This document shows, in pieces, positions 38,585 to 52,137 of a stretch of 64,000 nt of DNA. Source of the stretch: Vicugna vicugna (lineage: Eukaryota); the NCBI GenBank assembly GCA_013265495.1, contig MU057951.1:283599-347598 (forward strand), given 5' to 3'. Under the pieces are notes generated by a model that did not search any database, was not told the DNA's origin, and saw only the letters and a list, made by a program, of their open reading frames with translations. How positions within the stretch are numbered: position 1 is the stretch's first letter; each line of letters begins with the position of its first letter. The position numbers were made by a program, and so were the translations under genes.

Positions 38585-41385
38585 TTTTCCAGTATAGATT
38601 ATTACCAGATATTGAATGTAAGTTTCTGTGCTATAGAGAAGAAACTTTTTTTAAAATCTATTTTCATATACAGTGGCTAACATTTGTAAGTCTCAAATTC
38701 CCAAGTTTATCCCTACCCACCCCCTTTCCCTAGTAACCATGAGATTGTTAACTATGTGTACGAGTCTGTATTGTAGATGAATTCATAGTGACCTTGTTTC
38801 TTTCTTCTTTTTCTTTAAGATTCCACATGATATCATGTGGAGTGATATCATGTGATTTTTTCTTTCCCCTTTTGGTTTGCTTCACTTAGAATGATATTCT
38901 CTGGGTCCATCCACCTTGCTGCAAATAGCATTATTTCATCCTTTTTAATGGTAGAGTAGTATTCCAATGCATAAATATAACACAATTTCTTTATCCTGTC
39001 ATCTTTTGCTACATTATAGGATGTTTCTATGTCTTGCCTGTTGTATATAGTGGTGCTGTGAATATTAGGGTGCAGGTCCCTTTTCGAATTGTAGTTCCCT
39101 CTGGATATATACCCAGAAGTGGGATTGCTGATTCATAGGGTAAGTCTATTTTTAGTTTTTTGAGGCATTTCCATACTGTTTTCCATAATGGCTATACCAA
39201 ACTACATTTCCCAGTGACAGTGTAGGAGGCTTCCTTTTTCTCCACAACCTCTCCAGCATTTCTCATTCATGATGGCCATTCTGACTGGTGTGAGGTTATA
39301 CCTCATTGTAGTGTTGATTTGCATTTCTCTGATAATGAGAAGTATTGAACATTTTCTCATGTGCCCATTGGCCTTATGTCTTCATTGGAGAAATGCTTGT
39401 TTATATCTTCTGCCCATTTTTGGATTGGGTTGCTTGTTCTGTGTTATGAACTTGTGTGAGCTGTGTATATACTCAGGAAATTAGGCCTTTGTCAGTCGCA
39501 TCATTGGCAGGTATTTTCTCCCATCACGTAGGTTGCCGTTTTGTTTGCTTAAGGATTCATTTGCTGTGCAAAAGCCTGTAAGTTCAGTTGGGTCCCGTTT
39601 GTTTATTTTTTGCTTCTATTTGCATTGCTTGAGTAGACTGCCCTAGGAGAACAGAGAAGTATGTGAGAGAATGGTTTGCTTATGTTTTCTTCTAAGAGGC
39701 TTGTAGTGTCTTGTCTTATATTTAAGTCTTTAAGCCATTTTGAATTTGTTTTTGTGTGTGGTGTCAGGGAGTGTCCTAACATCATTGATTTACATGCAGC
39801 TGTCCAGTTTTCCCTGCACCATTTGCAGAAGAGACTGTCTTTACTGCAGTGTGTGTGCTTGCCTCCTGTGCTGAAGACTAATTTACTGTAGGTCTGTGTT
39901 TATTTCTGGGCTCTGTGTCCTGTTCCATTGATCTATATGTCTGGTTTCATGCCAGTACCACACTGTTTTGATTATTGTAGATTCATCTGAAGTTGTGGAA
40001 GGTCATTCCTCCAGCTTTATTCTTTTTCTTCAATATTGATTTGGCAATTTTGGGTCTTTATGAGTCCATAGGGATTTTAGGATTATTTGTTCTAGTTCTG
40101 TGAAAAATGTCCTGGGTAACTTGATAGGGATTGCATTAAATCCGTCGATTACCTTGAACAGTACGGCCATTTTAACAATATTGATTCTTCCAATCCAAGA
40201 GCATAGTATTTTTTCCATTTCTTTAAGTCATCTTTAATTTCTTTAATCAGTATTTTGTAGTTCTCCATGTACAAGTCTTTCACCTGCTTGGTCAGATTTA
40301 TTCGTTAAGTATTTTATCATTTATTGGTTGTAATTTTAAAGGGGATTGTTTCTTTACTTTCTTTTCTTACTATTTCATTGATAGGGTAAAAAATGCAACT
40401 GATTTGTGCATGTTAATGTTGTATCCTGCCACCTTGCTACATGTTTTTGTAGTTCTTCTCTGTCCTTTCATACTCTTCCCTTATGGGTAGTTGATTTTCT
40501 TTATTGTTACATGTGTGCTTCTCACTTGTTTTTGCATATCTAAAGTAGGTTCTTGATAAATGGAAACCATGAGGTTCATATAAGTTGCTTTGTTACAATA
40601 TCTGATTGTTTTAAAGTGATTGTCATTTAAGGTTATATAAGTTCAAAAAAGATCTGCTCTTTTACTCCCTCTCCACTCCTTTTTTGATTGTATTTTTCAC
40701 ATCTTCATATGCATCCTATAAGTGTTTATTGTAAGTATAGTTTTTACAAATTTTGTCTTTTAATCTTTGTAGTAGCTTGTTTAAGTGTTTGATTCACAAC
40801 CATTGCTCCATTTTTGCCTTTAAAGTGGGATTTCCCCCTTCACATAAGTTCTTACTTCTTGTTCTTTTCCACATAATGAAAATTTTAGGTTTAGGAATGA
40901 TGAACTCTTAGTTTTTGCTCATCTGAGATGCTTTTTAATTCTCTTTCAATTCTGATTAATAACTTTGCTGAGTAGGTGGCCTAGATTCCAGGTTTTTTCC
41001 TTTGAGTACTTTAAATATATCATGGCTGTTCCTTCTGGCCTGCAGTGACTCCGCTGAAAGCCAGCTGGTAGGTTTCCACTATTTGCGTCTCCTCATGACT
41101 ACAGTGAAACCACAACTAATTGCTAAACAAGCATCAAAAAAAAAAAAGGCGGGATCCTAGCAAAAGAAGATCTTCAGTGGAAACACAGAGACGGTACCAC
41201 AGCAGGATGGTAGGAGGGGCATTCTCATGATATAGGTGGACCCCATACCCCTCACTGTGGGCAACTCACAAGGTGAAGAATAAGTCACAAAGAACCTCCA
41301 ACAGAAGTAGGTATTATAACCCAACATCAGGCTCCCCAGCCTAGGGTTCTGGCATTGGGAGGAGTAGAGGACCCCAGGAAAACTG
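38585..41385 (-). mobile_element. Older rearranged LINE-1: 3' end to mid-ORF2 (38585-40450), inter-ORF/ORF1 end (40450-41070), then a plus-strand 5' UTR fragment (41088-41385)
   Basis: Minus ORFs 40030-40218 and 39603-39785. 41088-41385 matches the L1 5' UTR at 18210-18500 (cctcatgactaca(a/g)tgaaaccacaactaa). Confidence 0.8.
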
Positions 41386-41389
41386 TTTT

Positions 41390-44300
41390 TCTTTTTTAAT
41401 ATTCTTTTTATTTTATTTTTTTATTGAGTTATACTCAGTTTACAATGTTGTGTCAATTCCAAGTGTAGAGCACAATTTTTCAATCATACGCTTATTCATT
41501 GTCACATCCTTTTCCACCATGAGCTATCACAAGATCTTGTATATATTTCCATGTGGTATGCAGTATAAACTTGTTTATCTATTCTATATATACCTGTCAG
41601 TATGTACAAAATTTGAACTCACAGTCTGTCCCTTCCCACCCTCCTCTCCCCTGGCAATGACAAGTTTGTATTCTATGTCTGTGAGTCTGTTTCTGTTTTA
41701 CATTTAAGTTAATTTGTTTTTTGTTTTTTGTTTTTTTAAGATTTCACATATGAGCAACATATGGTATTTTTCTTTCTCTTTCTGGCTTACTTCATTTAGA
41801 ATGATATTATCCAGGGACTTCCATATTGCTGCAAATGGCATTATATTGTCATTTTCATGTCTGAATAGTACTCTATTGTATAGGTATATCACATCTTCTT
41901 TGTCCAGTCATCTTTCTGTGGACATTTATGCTGTTTCCATGTCTTGGCTATTGTAAAGAGTGCTCCTGTGAATATTGGGGTGCAGGTGTCTTTTTGATGT
42001 CAGGTTCCTTCTGGATATATACCCAAGAATGGGATTCCTGGGTTATATGGTAAACTATCACAAGATCTTGTATATATTTCCATGTGGTATGCAGTATAAA
42101 CTTGTTTATCTATTCTATATATACCTGTCAGTATGTACAAAATTTGAACTCACAGTCTGTCCCTTCCCACCCTCCTCTCCCCTGGCAATGACAAGTTTGT
42201 ATTCTATGTCTGTGAGTCTGTTTCTGTTTTACATTTAAGTTAATTTGTTTTTTGTTTTTTGTTTTTTTAAGATTTCACATATGAGCAACATATGGTATTT
42301 TTCTTTCTCTTTCTGGCTTACTTCATTTAGAATGATATTATCCAGGGACTTCCATATTGCTGCAAATGGCATTATATTGTCATTTTCATGTCTGAATAGT
42401 ACTCTATTGTATAGGTATATCACATCTTCTTTGTCCAGTCATCTTTCTGTGGACATTTATGCTGTTTCCATGTCTTGGCTATTGTAAAGAGTGCTCCTGT
42501 GAATATTGGGGTGCAGGTGTCTTTTTGATGTCAGGTTCCTTCTGGATATATACCCAAGAATGGGATTCCTGGGTTATATGGTAAGTCAGTTCCTAATCTT
42601 TTGAGAAATCTCCATACTGTTTTCCACAGTGGCTGCACCAAACTCTATTCCCACCAGCAGCATAAGAGGATTCCTTTTTCTCCACAGCCTCTCCAGCATT
42701 TGTCATTTGTGGACTTTTGAATAATAGCCATACTGACTGGTGTGAGGTGATACCTCACTGCAGTTTTGATTTGTAAATCTCTGATAATTAATGATATTGA
42801 GAATTTTTTCATGTGCCTATTGATCATTTGTATTTCTTCTTTGGAGAATTGCTTGTTTAGGTCTTCTGCCCGTTTTTGGATGGGATTGTTTGTTTTTTTC
42901 ATATTAAGTCGTATGAGCTGCTTATATGTTCTTAAGATCAAGCCTTTGTCAGTTTCATCTTTTGCAAAACTTTTCTCCCATTCTGTAGGTTGTTGTTTTG
43001 TTTTGCTTATGGTTTCCCTTGCTGTGCAAGAGCTTGTAAGTTTACTTAGGTCCCATTTGTTTATTCTTGTTTTATTTCTATTGCTTGGGTAGACTGCCCT
43101 AGGAGGACATTTTGAGATGTGTGAGAGATAATGCTTTGCCTAGGTTTTCTTCTAGGTTTACTGTATCTTGTCTTATGTTTCAGTCTTTGATCCATTTTGA
43201 GTTTATTTTTCTGTATGGTGTAAGGGAGTGTTCTAGCTTCAGTGATTTACATGCTGCTGTCCAGTTTTCCCAACACCACTTGCTGAAGAGCTTGTCTTTG
43301 TTTCATTATACGTTCTTGCCTCCTTTGTCAAAGATTAGTTAATGAAAAGTTTGTGGGTTCATTTCTGGGCACTCTAATCTGTTCCATTGGTTCATATGTC
43401 TGTTTTTGTACCATTATCATGCTATTTTGATTACTGTAACTCTATAGTACTGTCTGAAATCTGGGAGGGTTATTTCTCCAGCTTCTTTCTTTTTCTTCAG
43501 TAATGTTTTGTCAATTCTTGGTCTTTTATGGTTCCATATAAATTTTATTATGATTTGTTGTAGTTCTGTGAAATATGTCCTGGGTAAATTGATAGGGATT
43601 GCATTAAATCTGTAGATTGCTTTGAGCAGGGTGACCATTTTAACAATATTGATTCTTCTACTCCACGAGCATGGGATATTTTTTTCCATTTTTTTGAGTC
43701 TTCTTTGATTTCCTTAATCAGTGTTTGTATAGTTTTCCATGTATAAGTCTCTCACCTCCTTAGTTAGATTTACTTCTGAAAGTTTGTTATTTTGGGTGCC
43801 ATTTTAAAGGGAATTGTTTCTTTACTTTCTTTTTCTGTTGATTCACGTTTAGTGTAAAGAAATGCAACTGATTTTTGAATGTTTATCTTGTAACCTGCTA
43901 CCTTGCTGAATTCTTCGATTATTTCTAGTAGTTTTTGTGTGGACCTTTAAGGGTTTTCTATATGTGGTATCATGTCATATGCATATAGTGACAGTTTTAC
44001 CTCTTCTTTTCCAATCTGGGTCCCTTTTATTTCTCTCTCTTGCCTGATTGCTGTGGCTAGGACTTCCAAGACTATATTGAATAGGAGTGGTGATAGTGGC
44101 CAGCCTTGTCTTGTCCCAGATTTTAGTGGGAAGATTTTGAGCTTTTTACCATTGAGTACTATGTTGGCTGTAGCTTTTATTATGTTGAGATATGTTCCCT
44201 CTATACCCACAATGGTGAGAGTTTTTATCATAAATAGTTGTTGAATTTTATCAAATGCTTTTTCTGCATCTGTTGAGAAGATCATGGGTTTTTTTTCCTT

Positions 44301-47300
44301 TCTTTTGTTGATGTGATATATTACATTGATTGATTTGCATATGCTGAACCATCCTTGTGTCCCTGGGATGAACCCCACTTGATCATGATGTGTACTCTTT
44401 TCAATGTGCTGTTGGATTCTATTTGCTAGTATTTTGGTATGGATTTTTGCATCTATGTTAATCAGTGATAATGGTCTGTAATTCTATTTTTTTGGTGGTG
44501 GCATTGCCTGGTTTTGGTATCAGGGTGATGGTGGCTTTATAGAATGAGTTTGGGAATGCTCCCTCTGTTTCAGTCTTCTGAAAAAGATTGAGAAGAACTG
44601 GTATTATTTCCTCTTTGTATGTTTGGTAGAATTCCATTGTGAAGCTGTCCGGTCCTGGATATTTATTTGTAGGGAGGTTTTTTATTGCTAATTCAATTTC
44701 ATTTCTAGTGATCAGTTTGTTCAAGTGGTTAGTCTCTTTTGGTTCAATCTTGGTGGGCTGTATATTTCCAGAAACTTGTCCGTCTTCTGTCGGTTATCCA
44801 TTTTGGTTCCATACAGTTTTTCATAATATTCTCATATGATATTCTGTATTTCCATGTTTATTGGTTTTAATTTCTCCATTTTCCTTTCTTATATTGCTTA
44901 TTTGTGCTCTCTCTTTTTTCTTTGTGAGTTTGGCCAGAGGTTTGTCAATTTTATTTACTCTTTCAAAAAACCAGCCTTTGGTTTGATTGATTTTTTTCTA
45001 TTTATTTAATCTCTATTTTATTTATTTCCTCCCTGAGTTTTATTATTTCCTTCCTTCTGCTGACTTTTGGGTGTTTTTCGTCTTATTTTTCTAGTTCTTT
45101 TAGCTGGTGGATTATATTGTTTATTTGAGATTGTTCTTCTTTTTTGAGGAAAGCCTATATTGCTGTAAATTTCCCTCTTAGCATTGACATTGCTGCATCC
45201 CATAAGTTTTGTGTGGTTGTGTTTTTATTTTCATTTGTCTCAAGGTATTTTTTAATTTCAACTTTGATTTCCTCATTGACCCATTGGTTTTTTAATAGCA
45301 TGTTTTTTAATTTCCATGCTTTCCTTTTTCTTCTTTGTTTCTCTGTAGTTGATTTATAGTTTCATGGCATTGTGGTCAGTAAAGATGCTTGAGATAATTT
45401 CTATCTTCTTAAAATTGTTGAGGCTTCTTTTGTGCCCAAGTACATGATGAATCCAAGAAAATGTTCCATGTGAGCTTGAAAAGAATGTATATCCTATTTT
45501 TGGGGAGTGCAATTCTCTGAAATTACCCACCAAATTTAATTTTTCTATTGTATCATTCAATTTCTCTGTTGCCTTCTTTATTTTCTGTCTGGAAGATCTG
45601 TGTAGTGAAGTTAATGTGGTGTTAAAATATTCCAACAATGATTGTATTCCCATCAATTTCCTCCTTTATCTCTGTTAGTAGTTGTTTTACGTACTTAGGT
45701 ACTCCTATGTTGGGTGTGTATATATTAATGGTTGTAATATCCTCATCTTGTATTACTCCTTTAGTCATTATAATATGTCCTTTTTATCTTTTTTATGGCC
45801 TTTGTTTTAAAGTCAATTTTGTCTGAAATCAGTACTGCTACACCTGCTTTTTTGGCTTTTCCATTTGCATGGAATATCCTTTCCATCCTTTCACTCTCAA
45901 TCTATATGTGTCCTTCTCCCACAACTGTGTCTCTTATTTGCAGCATATTGAAGGTTTTTGCATTATTATCCAGTCTGCCACTCTACGTCTTTTGACTGGA
46001 GCATTTAGTCCATTAACATTCACAGTAATTAATGATAGATGAGTATTTATTGCCATTTTCAACTTATTTTTGCAGTTGATTTGGTATTTCCTCTTTAGCA
46101 TTTTCTCTTTGTTCCTTTATTCTTCCTTTTGTGATTTGGTAAGTTTCCTGTGTATTATCTTGGATTTCATTTAGTTTGTTTTACTCACTTGTAAGCTTTT
46201 GGCTTCTGGTTACCATGTTTTGTAAGTCTATTAACCTATTACTGTAAATGTTTGTACTAAACAGATAGTAATATTAGCTAAAACCCATCCTAACGAGAAC
46301 ACAATTTTTTTTAAAAGAAGAAAGAAAAACAAAATACTGTATGTTTTCATGCTTCCTTCTCCCACTCTTAATGATATAGATGTCTTCTTTTACAATTTTG
46401 TATTTATTCTATTTGTAATTCATTGCAGTCATCTCCTTTCCAGTTCTAAGTCTCTCATTTTTGTAGCACCCTGCTTCTATTCTATTTAGAGTAGACCTGT
46501 CAATATTTCTTTTAGCATCGGTTTAGTGTTGTTAAACTCTTAGTTTTTGCTCATCTGTGAAGTTCTTTATCTCTCCTTCTATTCTAAAGAATAGCCTTTC
46601 TGGATAGAGTATCCTAGGCTGCATATTTTTTCATTCAGGACTTTGAATATATCTTGCCACTCCCTTCTGGCCTGTAGTGTTTGTATAGAGAAATCAACTG
46701 AGAGCCTTATTGGGGTTCCCTTATAACTCACTTTTGTTTTTCCTCTTGCTGCATTTAGGATCATTTATTTATTCTTGACTCTGGCCATCTTGATTAGGAT
46801 GTGTCTTGGTGTGAGTCTCGGTTCTTCCTGTTTGGGACCCTCTGAACCTCCTGTACTTGGAGATCTGAATCCTTCTTTAGGTTTGGGAAGTTTTCAGTCA
46901 TGATTTCTTCAAATACCTTTTCAATCCCGTTTGTTCTTTCTTCCGCTTCTGGAAACTCTATTATGCATAGATTAGCGTGCTTTGTATTATCCCACATGTC
47001 CCTTTATTGTTTTCATTGTTTTTTATTTGTTTTTCTCTCAGCTGTTCTGTTTGGGTGGTTTCTGTTATCCTGTCTTCTAGGTCACTTATTCATTCCTCTG
47101 CATTATCTAGCCTGCTATGTTCAGATTTTAGATCACTTCTCATCTCAGCCAATGTGTTTACTAATTCTACTTGGTTCTTCTTTACAGCTTCTATTATGTT
47201 TTTGACATATTTTATATCTCTAAACACTATCTCTTTTAGTTCCTTCAGTACTTTGATCACTCCTTTCTTTGAAATCTTGATGTAGTAGGCCATCAATGTC

Positions 47301-47641
47301 TATTTCCTTGATTGTGCTTTCAGGGGATTTCTCTGGCTCTTTTAATTGGGAGTGGTTCCTCTACTTCTTCATCTTGCTCATATCTCTCTGGCACTGTGAC
47401 TTTAGGATTATCAGTTATCTATTGTGGTCCTTAAGGAGTGTATTTATTTATCTACCTAAATCCTATGCAGGAATAAAACAGTTTTTTTGCTTCTTTGTCT
47501 TTCAAAGAAGGTGATGTTCTGTCTGCGTACAGCAGGTGCTCTGGTTGGCAGAGAGGGTTCGTAGATGTGAGTTTTGGTGTATTTGTTGGAGAGAGTGAGC
47601 TATGAGCATTCTTCCACTCCTCCATCTTGCTTCTAAACCCC
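41390..47641 (-). mobile_element. Near full-length LINE-1, inactive, with a short 5' UTR and an internal 531-bp tandem duplication
   Basis: Starts GGGGTTTAGAAGCAAGATGG on minus at 47641. ORF1 fragments at 46579-47296; ORF2 fragments at 42645-45656; tail at about 41390. Confidence 0.95.
41524..42584. repeat. Apparently exact 531-bp direct tandem duplication
   Basis: 41524-42053 is repeated at 42055-42584. Identical ORFs at 41704/42235 and 41714/42245. Confidence 0.97.
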
Positions 47642-48589
47642 AATATCATGTGTTTTTATAGCGAGAGATATTACAGTGTTGAAAGCAGGGCTTGGTTCAG
47701 TTAAAAATGTGCTGAGGGCATGAGGGATGAGACATCCTCCATCCTCTCCCCTCCTAGGGTGAAACACATGACCGTCAATTTGAAAAAGATTGTCATAGTC
47801 CCTAACTAGCCCAGCTCAACTAGTGTATGTTAACAGGAGTAGCACCACCAGAGGCATTGGAGACCCAAGAATATTGCAGTCTTAAAGATCTCTTGGAAAA
47901 TTTTTGTTTGCTTTTGGTTTTTTGTTTTTCTTAAAATGTGGGGCATACTACTAGTATAGAGGGAAAAATAGTTGTCAGGAAATGTTTTTTCATATAACAG
48001 TTTCATTGCAATTTTGTTCACACACCATGAAGTCCACCCATTAAAATGGTACAATTTGGCGGCTTTTAGCATATTCACAGTGGTGCAACCATCATCATTC
48101 CAGAATGTTTTCATTGCTTCAAAAAGAGCTGTGGAAATGAATGACCCATCCAACCCTCCCCAACTCTAAAGAAGTTTCTTGGCTGTTCCTGAGCATAAAT
48201 TAACTTGTTACATTCCATGAAAAATCTGGGGGGAATTCTAATCAGAATTGCATTGAATCTATATATTAGAATGGGGAGAATTAATGTCTTTATGACATAA
48301 AGTTTTTCTATCCATGAGTATATCTGGGACCCTATCTTTTTATCTCTGTAGAGCATGGCCCTTAGGAAGTCCTTACTAATTTTTGGGTCTGTGAATGATG
48401 AGATTATATACATCATTAGTTGTGACTGTAGCCTTTCACAGAAGAGAAAACTAACCTCAGTGAAGCCAAGTGCCTCCCTGATGGTCAGAAAGAGTGACAG
48501 CCAGTGCTGGAGTGATCCAGTGGACTTGGTGCTTGCAACCAGTGTTCTCTCCCTCCTACAGTTAAGGAGATTACAGAGTTCTTTTAATT

Positions 48590-48910
48590 TTTTTAGTGGT
48601 GTTGTTTTTATTTTTATTTATTTATTTATTTCTTAAGTTCTTATTTTTTATTGAAGTGTAGTCAATTTGCAATGTTAGTTCCAGGAGTACAGCAGTGATT
48701 CAGTTATATTTATGCATATGTACACATATAATTTTCAGAGTGTTTTTAGTACAACTCATTACAAGAAATTGAATAAAGTTCCCTATGTTATACAGTAGGT
48801 CCTTGTCATTTATTTATTTTATATATAGTTATGTGTATCTGTTAATCCTAAACTCCTAATCTGTCCCTCCCCCCTTTCCCATCTGCTGACCACAGTTTGC
48901 TATGTCCATG
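48590..48910 (-). mobile_element. Short LINE-1 3'-end fragment
   Basis: T-rich tail then ttattgaagtgtagtc...gtgattcagttatat; similar to the reverse complement of 16900-17110. Confidence 0.7.
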
Positions 48911-50094
48911 AGTATTTCTAACAGCATCCTTTTTGCTAGTAATATATGCTGGTTGGCTGCCTTCACTTTCATTAATTCCATTTATCTGTAGGTGTTTTTC
49001 TTCTGGTGGGCCTGCATGTGGTTTACACACGTGTTCATAGAGATCTGTATTTGGGAGAACTCCAGGCCTCGTGTAGTGCCTGGCATGGAGCTCCCACTGA
49101 GCTCATGCTTGAACTGGGATAAAACATAGTAAAGCTTGGAATTTCAAGTACGATTTAGACTTCTAGGTTTCTGTAACCTACGTTTAGCCCACCTTAATGT
49201 TGGTTGCACCTGTAGTGGATCATTTGATGGAAATTCATGGTATGGCGGTATAGAGACAGGGCTTTATATACATTTTCTTCTTCCTCTTTTCTAACACTCA
49301 TTCTCCTGGGCCTCCCAGTTCCTCCCCCAGCAGCGCTCAGGGCTGGCTTTGTGCTGCACTGAGGCAATATTTGTTAATAAGTCCCTTTCCTCATCTCTTC
49401 TGAGACTCCATTTCCTTCTCTGCACAGTGAGAGCTTGGACTAGATAAGTGCTTTTCGGTTTCTTTTAAACAGATGTCTCCTTTCGAGAAACCGAGAACTC
49501 AAATCTCTCCTCCCACCCTACCTCTTCAGATTTTGATACGTCCTCCAAGGGTTGACACAGCTCTTTGTGGGAAGTTGATGTGATTTTGGTTCTTTCCAAG
49601 TGGTGCAGAAAAGACTTCAGAGATTTATTGCAGGGAGGGGGCAGGAGGGGGACAGTATGTCAAACTTATTGGTATAAGCGCTGGAGCAGGGGCTTTGGTT
49701 TCAATGCAGCCTCTGACGTGGCCTCTCTCTAATCTTGCACAATGTGATAAACCTCTCTTTTCCTCCATTTCTTCATGTGTCAAATTGGACTGTTATTATT
49801 TTAGGGTTTTCATGAAACAATATACATATAAGTCATTAGTTTCTCAGTAGAAACATGACTTGTTAGGGAGTCAGGGATTTCTTTAAAAAAAAAAAAGTTC
49901 CTGGAGAGTGAGGGTTGAGTCTAAAGTCCATCATGGGACAGGTGGCCCCTGGTTCTGTGTACCCCAGATTTCCCCCTCCTCCCCAGTCCTCTTCCTCTCA
50001 GTCCAGGATGAAGTTCCTGCCATTAAAATTACACAGAGTTCTTGTGGATATGGCTTTTAATTTTATTGTTTCACTGGGGAGGGCTACTTTCATG

Positions 50095-50260
50095 AATTCC
50101 ATGGTCAGATTTTGGTGACCTGAAGGCTATGCAATTGGGGGTTCCTATTTAAGAAAAAGAAAACAAAGTTACAAATACAAATTTAGACCTAGGGTGGTGG
50201 CAGGGGCTCTTGGAAGAGGGGACAATTAGCTTTGTTAGCTTCAGGTGCAGAGGCCTCTGG
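50095..50260 (+). mobile_element. MER53-like non-autonomous DNA transposon
   Basis: tttaagaaaaagaaaacaaagttacaaatacaaatttag...ttagcttca resembles remembered MER53. Confidence 0.55.
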
Positions 50261-51019
50261 CCATGAGGACCCATCCTTGTGCTCTGGAGTTGGAGGGACC
50301 AGTAGGTTCAGTGGGAATGTTTACTGAGTGTATCTCATGGGATGTGCATTGTCCTATTTTTACTGTGTGTTTCTTATTTAAGACAGTGAGCTCATTTAAT
50401 CTCAATAGCCTCTTTAAAAAATTCGATTTTTTATTTTGAGATGTAATGAAGATTCCCATGCAGTTGTAAGAGCTGATATGGAGACAGCCTTTGTACTCTT
50501 TGCCCAATTTTCCTTAATGGTTCCATCTTGCAAGGTTGGGGTACAATTAATTATTGACTCACTAACCCTTTGAGGTTTGTGTTATTACCCTCATTTCTAT
50601 TCGTGATTAAACTGAGGTTTAGAGAAGCACATAGACCTGCCCAGGTCACCCACATGTTTAGTGTAGAGTCGGGTGGGACATGGGCTTGGGATTTCCAGAC
50701 AGTACCATTATGATTGTGGCAGGGAGCAGCATTCACTTGCTTGTTTATTCATTCATTGAACAAACATTTATTGAGTACACTCTGTGGGTCAGATGCTTTC
50801 ATACGGTTATCTAATTCTTCAGCAGTACTGAGAATCAGCTAATTTTTTTTTTATCTGTGAAAATTAACTCTCAGAGGTCATAAAATCTCCCAAAGTAAAT
50901 ACAGCTCATAAAGGGGGGATTAGTAAATTTGTACAGTCACCCCTTTTTATGCAGGTGGTAACATAGGAATTTTGCATTTGCAATCTGCCTTGATCTAGAT
51001 ATATTCTTGTAAGGCAAGG

Positions 51020-51155
51020 TTTGTTTTTTTGTTTTGTTTTGTTTTATTTTTAAGTTTTTTTTGTTTCATTTTTTTAATGGAGATATTTGGGATTGAACCC
51101 AGGACCTCGTGCATGCTAAGTATGTGCTCTCCCACTGAACTGTACCCTCCTCCCC
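51020..51155 (-). mobile_element. tRNA-derived SINE (Vic-1 type)
   Basis: Same core as 24047-24140 (gggattgaacccaggacctc...gcatgctaag). Confidence 0.9.
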
Positions 51156-51571
51156 AGGGCGAGTTTTCTTATCCATTATTTTACAGTGTAAGAGTTCAAG
51201 TAAGTTGGAGTTGAAATCCAGATCTTTCAATCCCACTGTGGTTCTTTTCATTATATTCTGCTGAGGGGTGGGGAAGCAGTTCCTTTTTTCATTCATTTAT
51301 TCAGCATTTTTGAGCATCAGGGCCTGGCTAGATGTTGGAAACAGAAAACAAGAAATGACACTTTTCTGCAGTGGCTGGAATCCTAGACCAAGAGCAGGAT
51401 AATGTGATCCTAGCTATGGTAGCCATGTGCAGACTCTGAGGACAGACTGTACCCCCAGGTTTGCTTGGGCTTCCCTTGCCTTCTGGCTGGTACACACAGG
51501 TCACCGCATCCCAGAGGGGCCTGCAGCCTACAGCACAGCATGTACCTCAGTCTCCTCTTCCCTCTTGGCAG

Positions 51572-52137
51572 GGCCTGCAACATGAGCATTGCTGACTACG
51601 TGCAGTGTGCTGAGGACCACCAGACTCTCCCCATGGTGGTCCAGCACATGGGGATCATCTTGGAGGAGAATCTCTTATGCATCTATAAACAGATCTAGGC
51701 TGTGAGGCTTCCAGCAGTCATTCTGTATCCGCTACAGGTACCACTACCCACACAAGAACGAGTGGGGAGACTTCCAGACCCACCAAAGGTCATGGGCCTC
51801 GTCACCATCACTGACCGCTTGTCCAAGGACTTGCTGCAGATCGAGGAGCTCCCTGTGCATAGGAGCTGTGTGGCAACATGCAGGACGATTCGTGTCTCTT
51901 CGTCTTTGTGCTGAAGGGCGAGCTCGCCGAGCAGTTGCGCACTGATGTGGCCTTGTACCCCAGCTACAAGGACTGTGGGACGGTGGAGAAGGGGATCAAG
52001 GACTTTATCAAGTCGCTCTTCAACGTGCTCGAGTCCGAGCACCTGGACAGGGTCACCAACAATTTTGGGGACAAGATTGCCCTCCTCTGCATCCCATTTG
52101 AGAACAGGGACTTGGTGGAACTGGACACAGACAGCAA
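51572..52137 (+). pseudogene. TRAPPC9: Disabled, unprocessed copy of the TRAPPC9 (NIBP) first coding exon
   Basis: ATG at 51582. [38 protein letters not shown] / CIRYRYHYPHKNEWGDFQTH / KVMGLVTITD / [83 protein letters not shown] matches the TRAPPC9 N-terminus ([17 protein letters not shown]...GLDTDSR). Acceptor ttggcag| and donor |gtaagc are kept. One stop and about 3 frameshifts. Confidence 0.93.

Noticed and set aside
51572..52137. Functional TRAPPC9 or a processed pseudogene
   Set aside because: The stop and frameshifts exclude function; intron boundaries on both sides exclude a spliced retrocopy.
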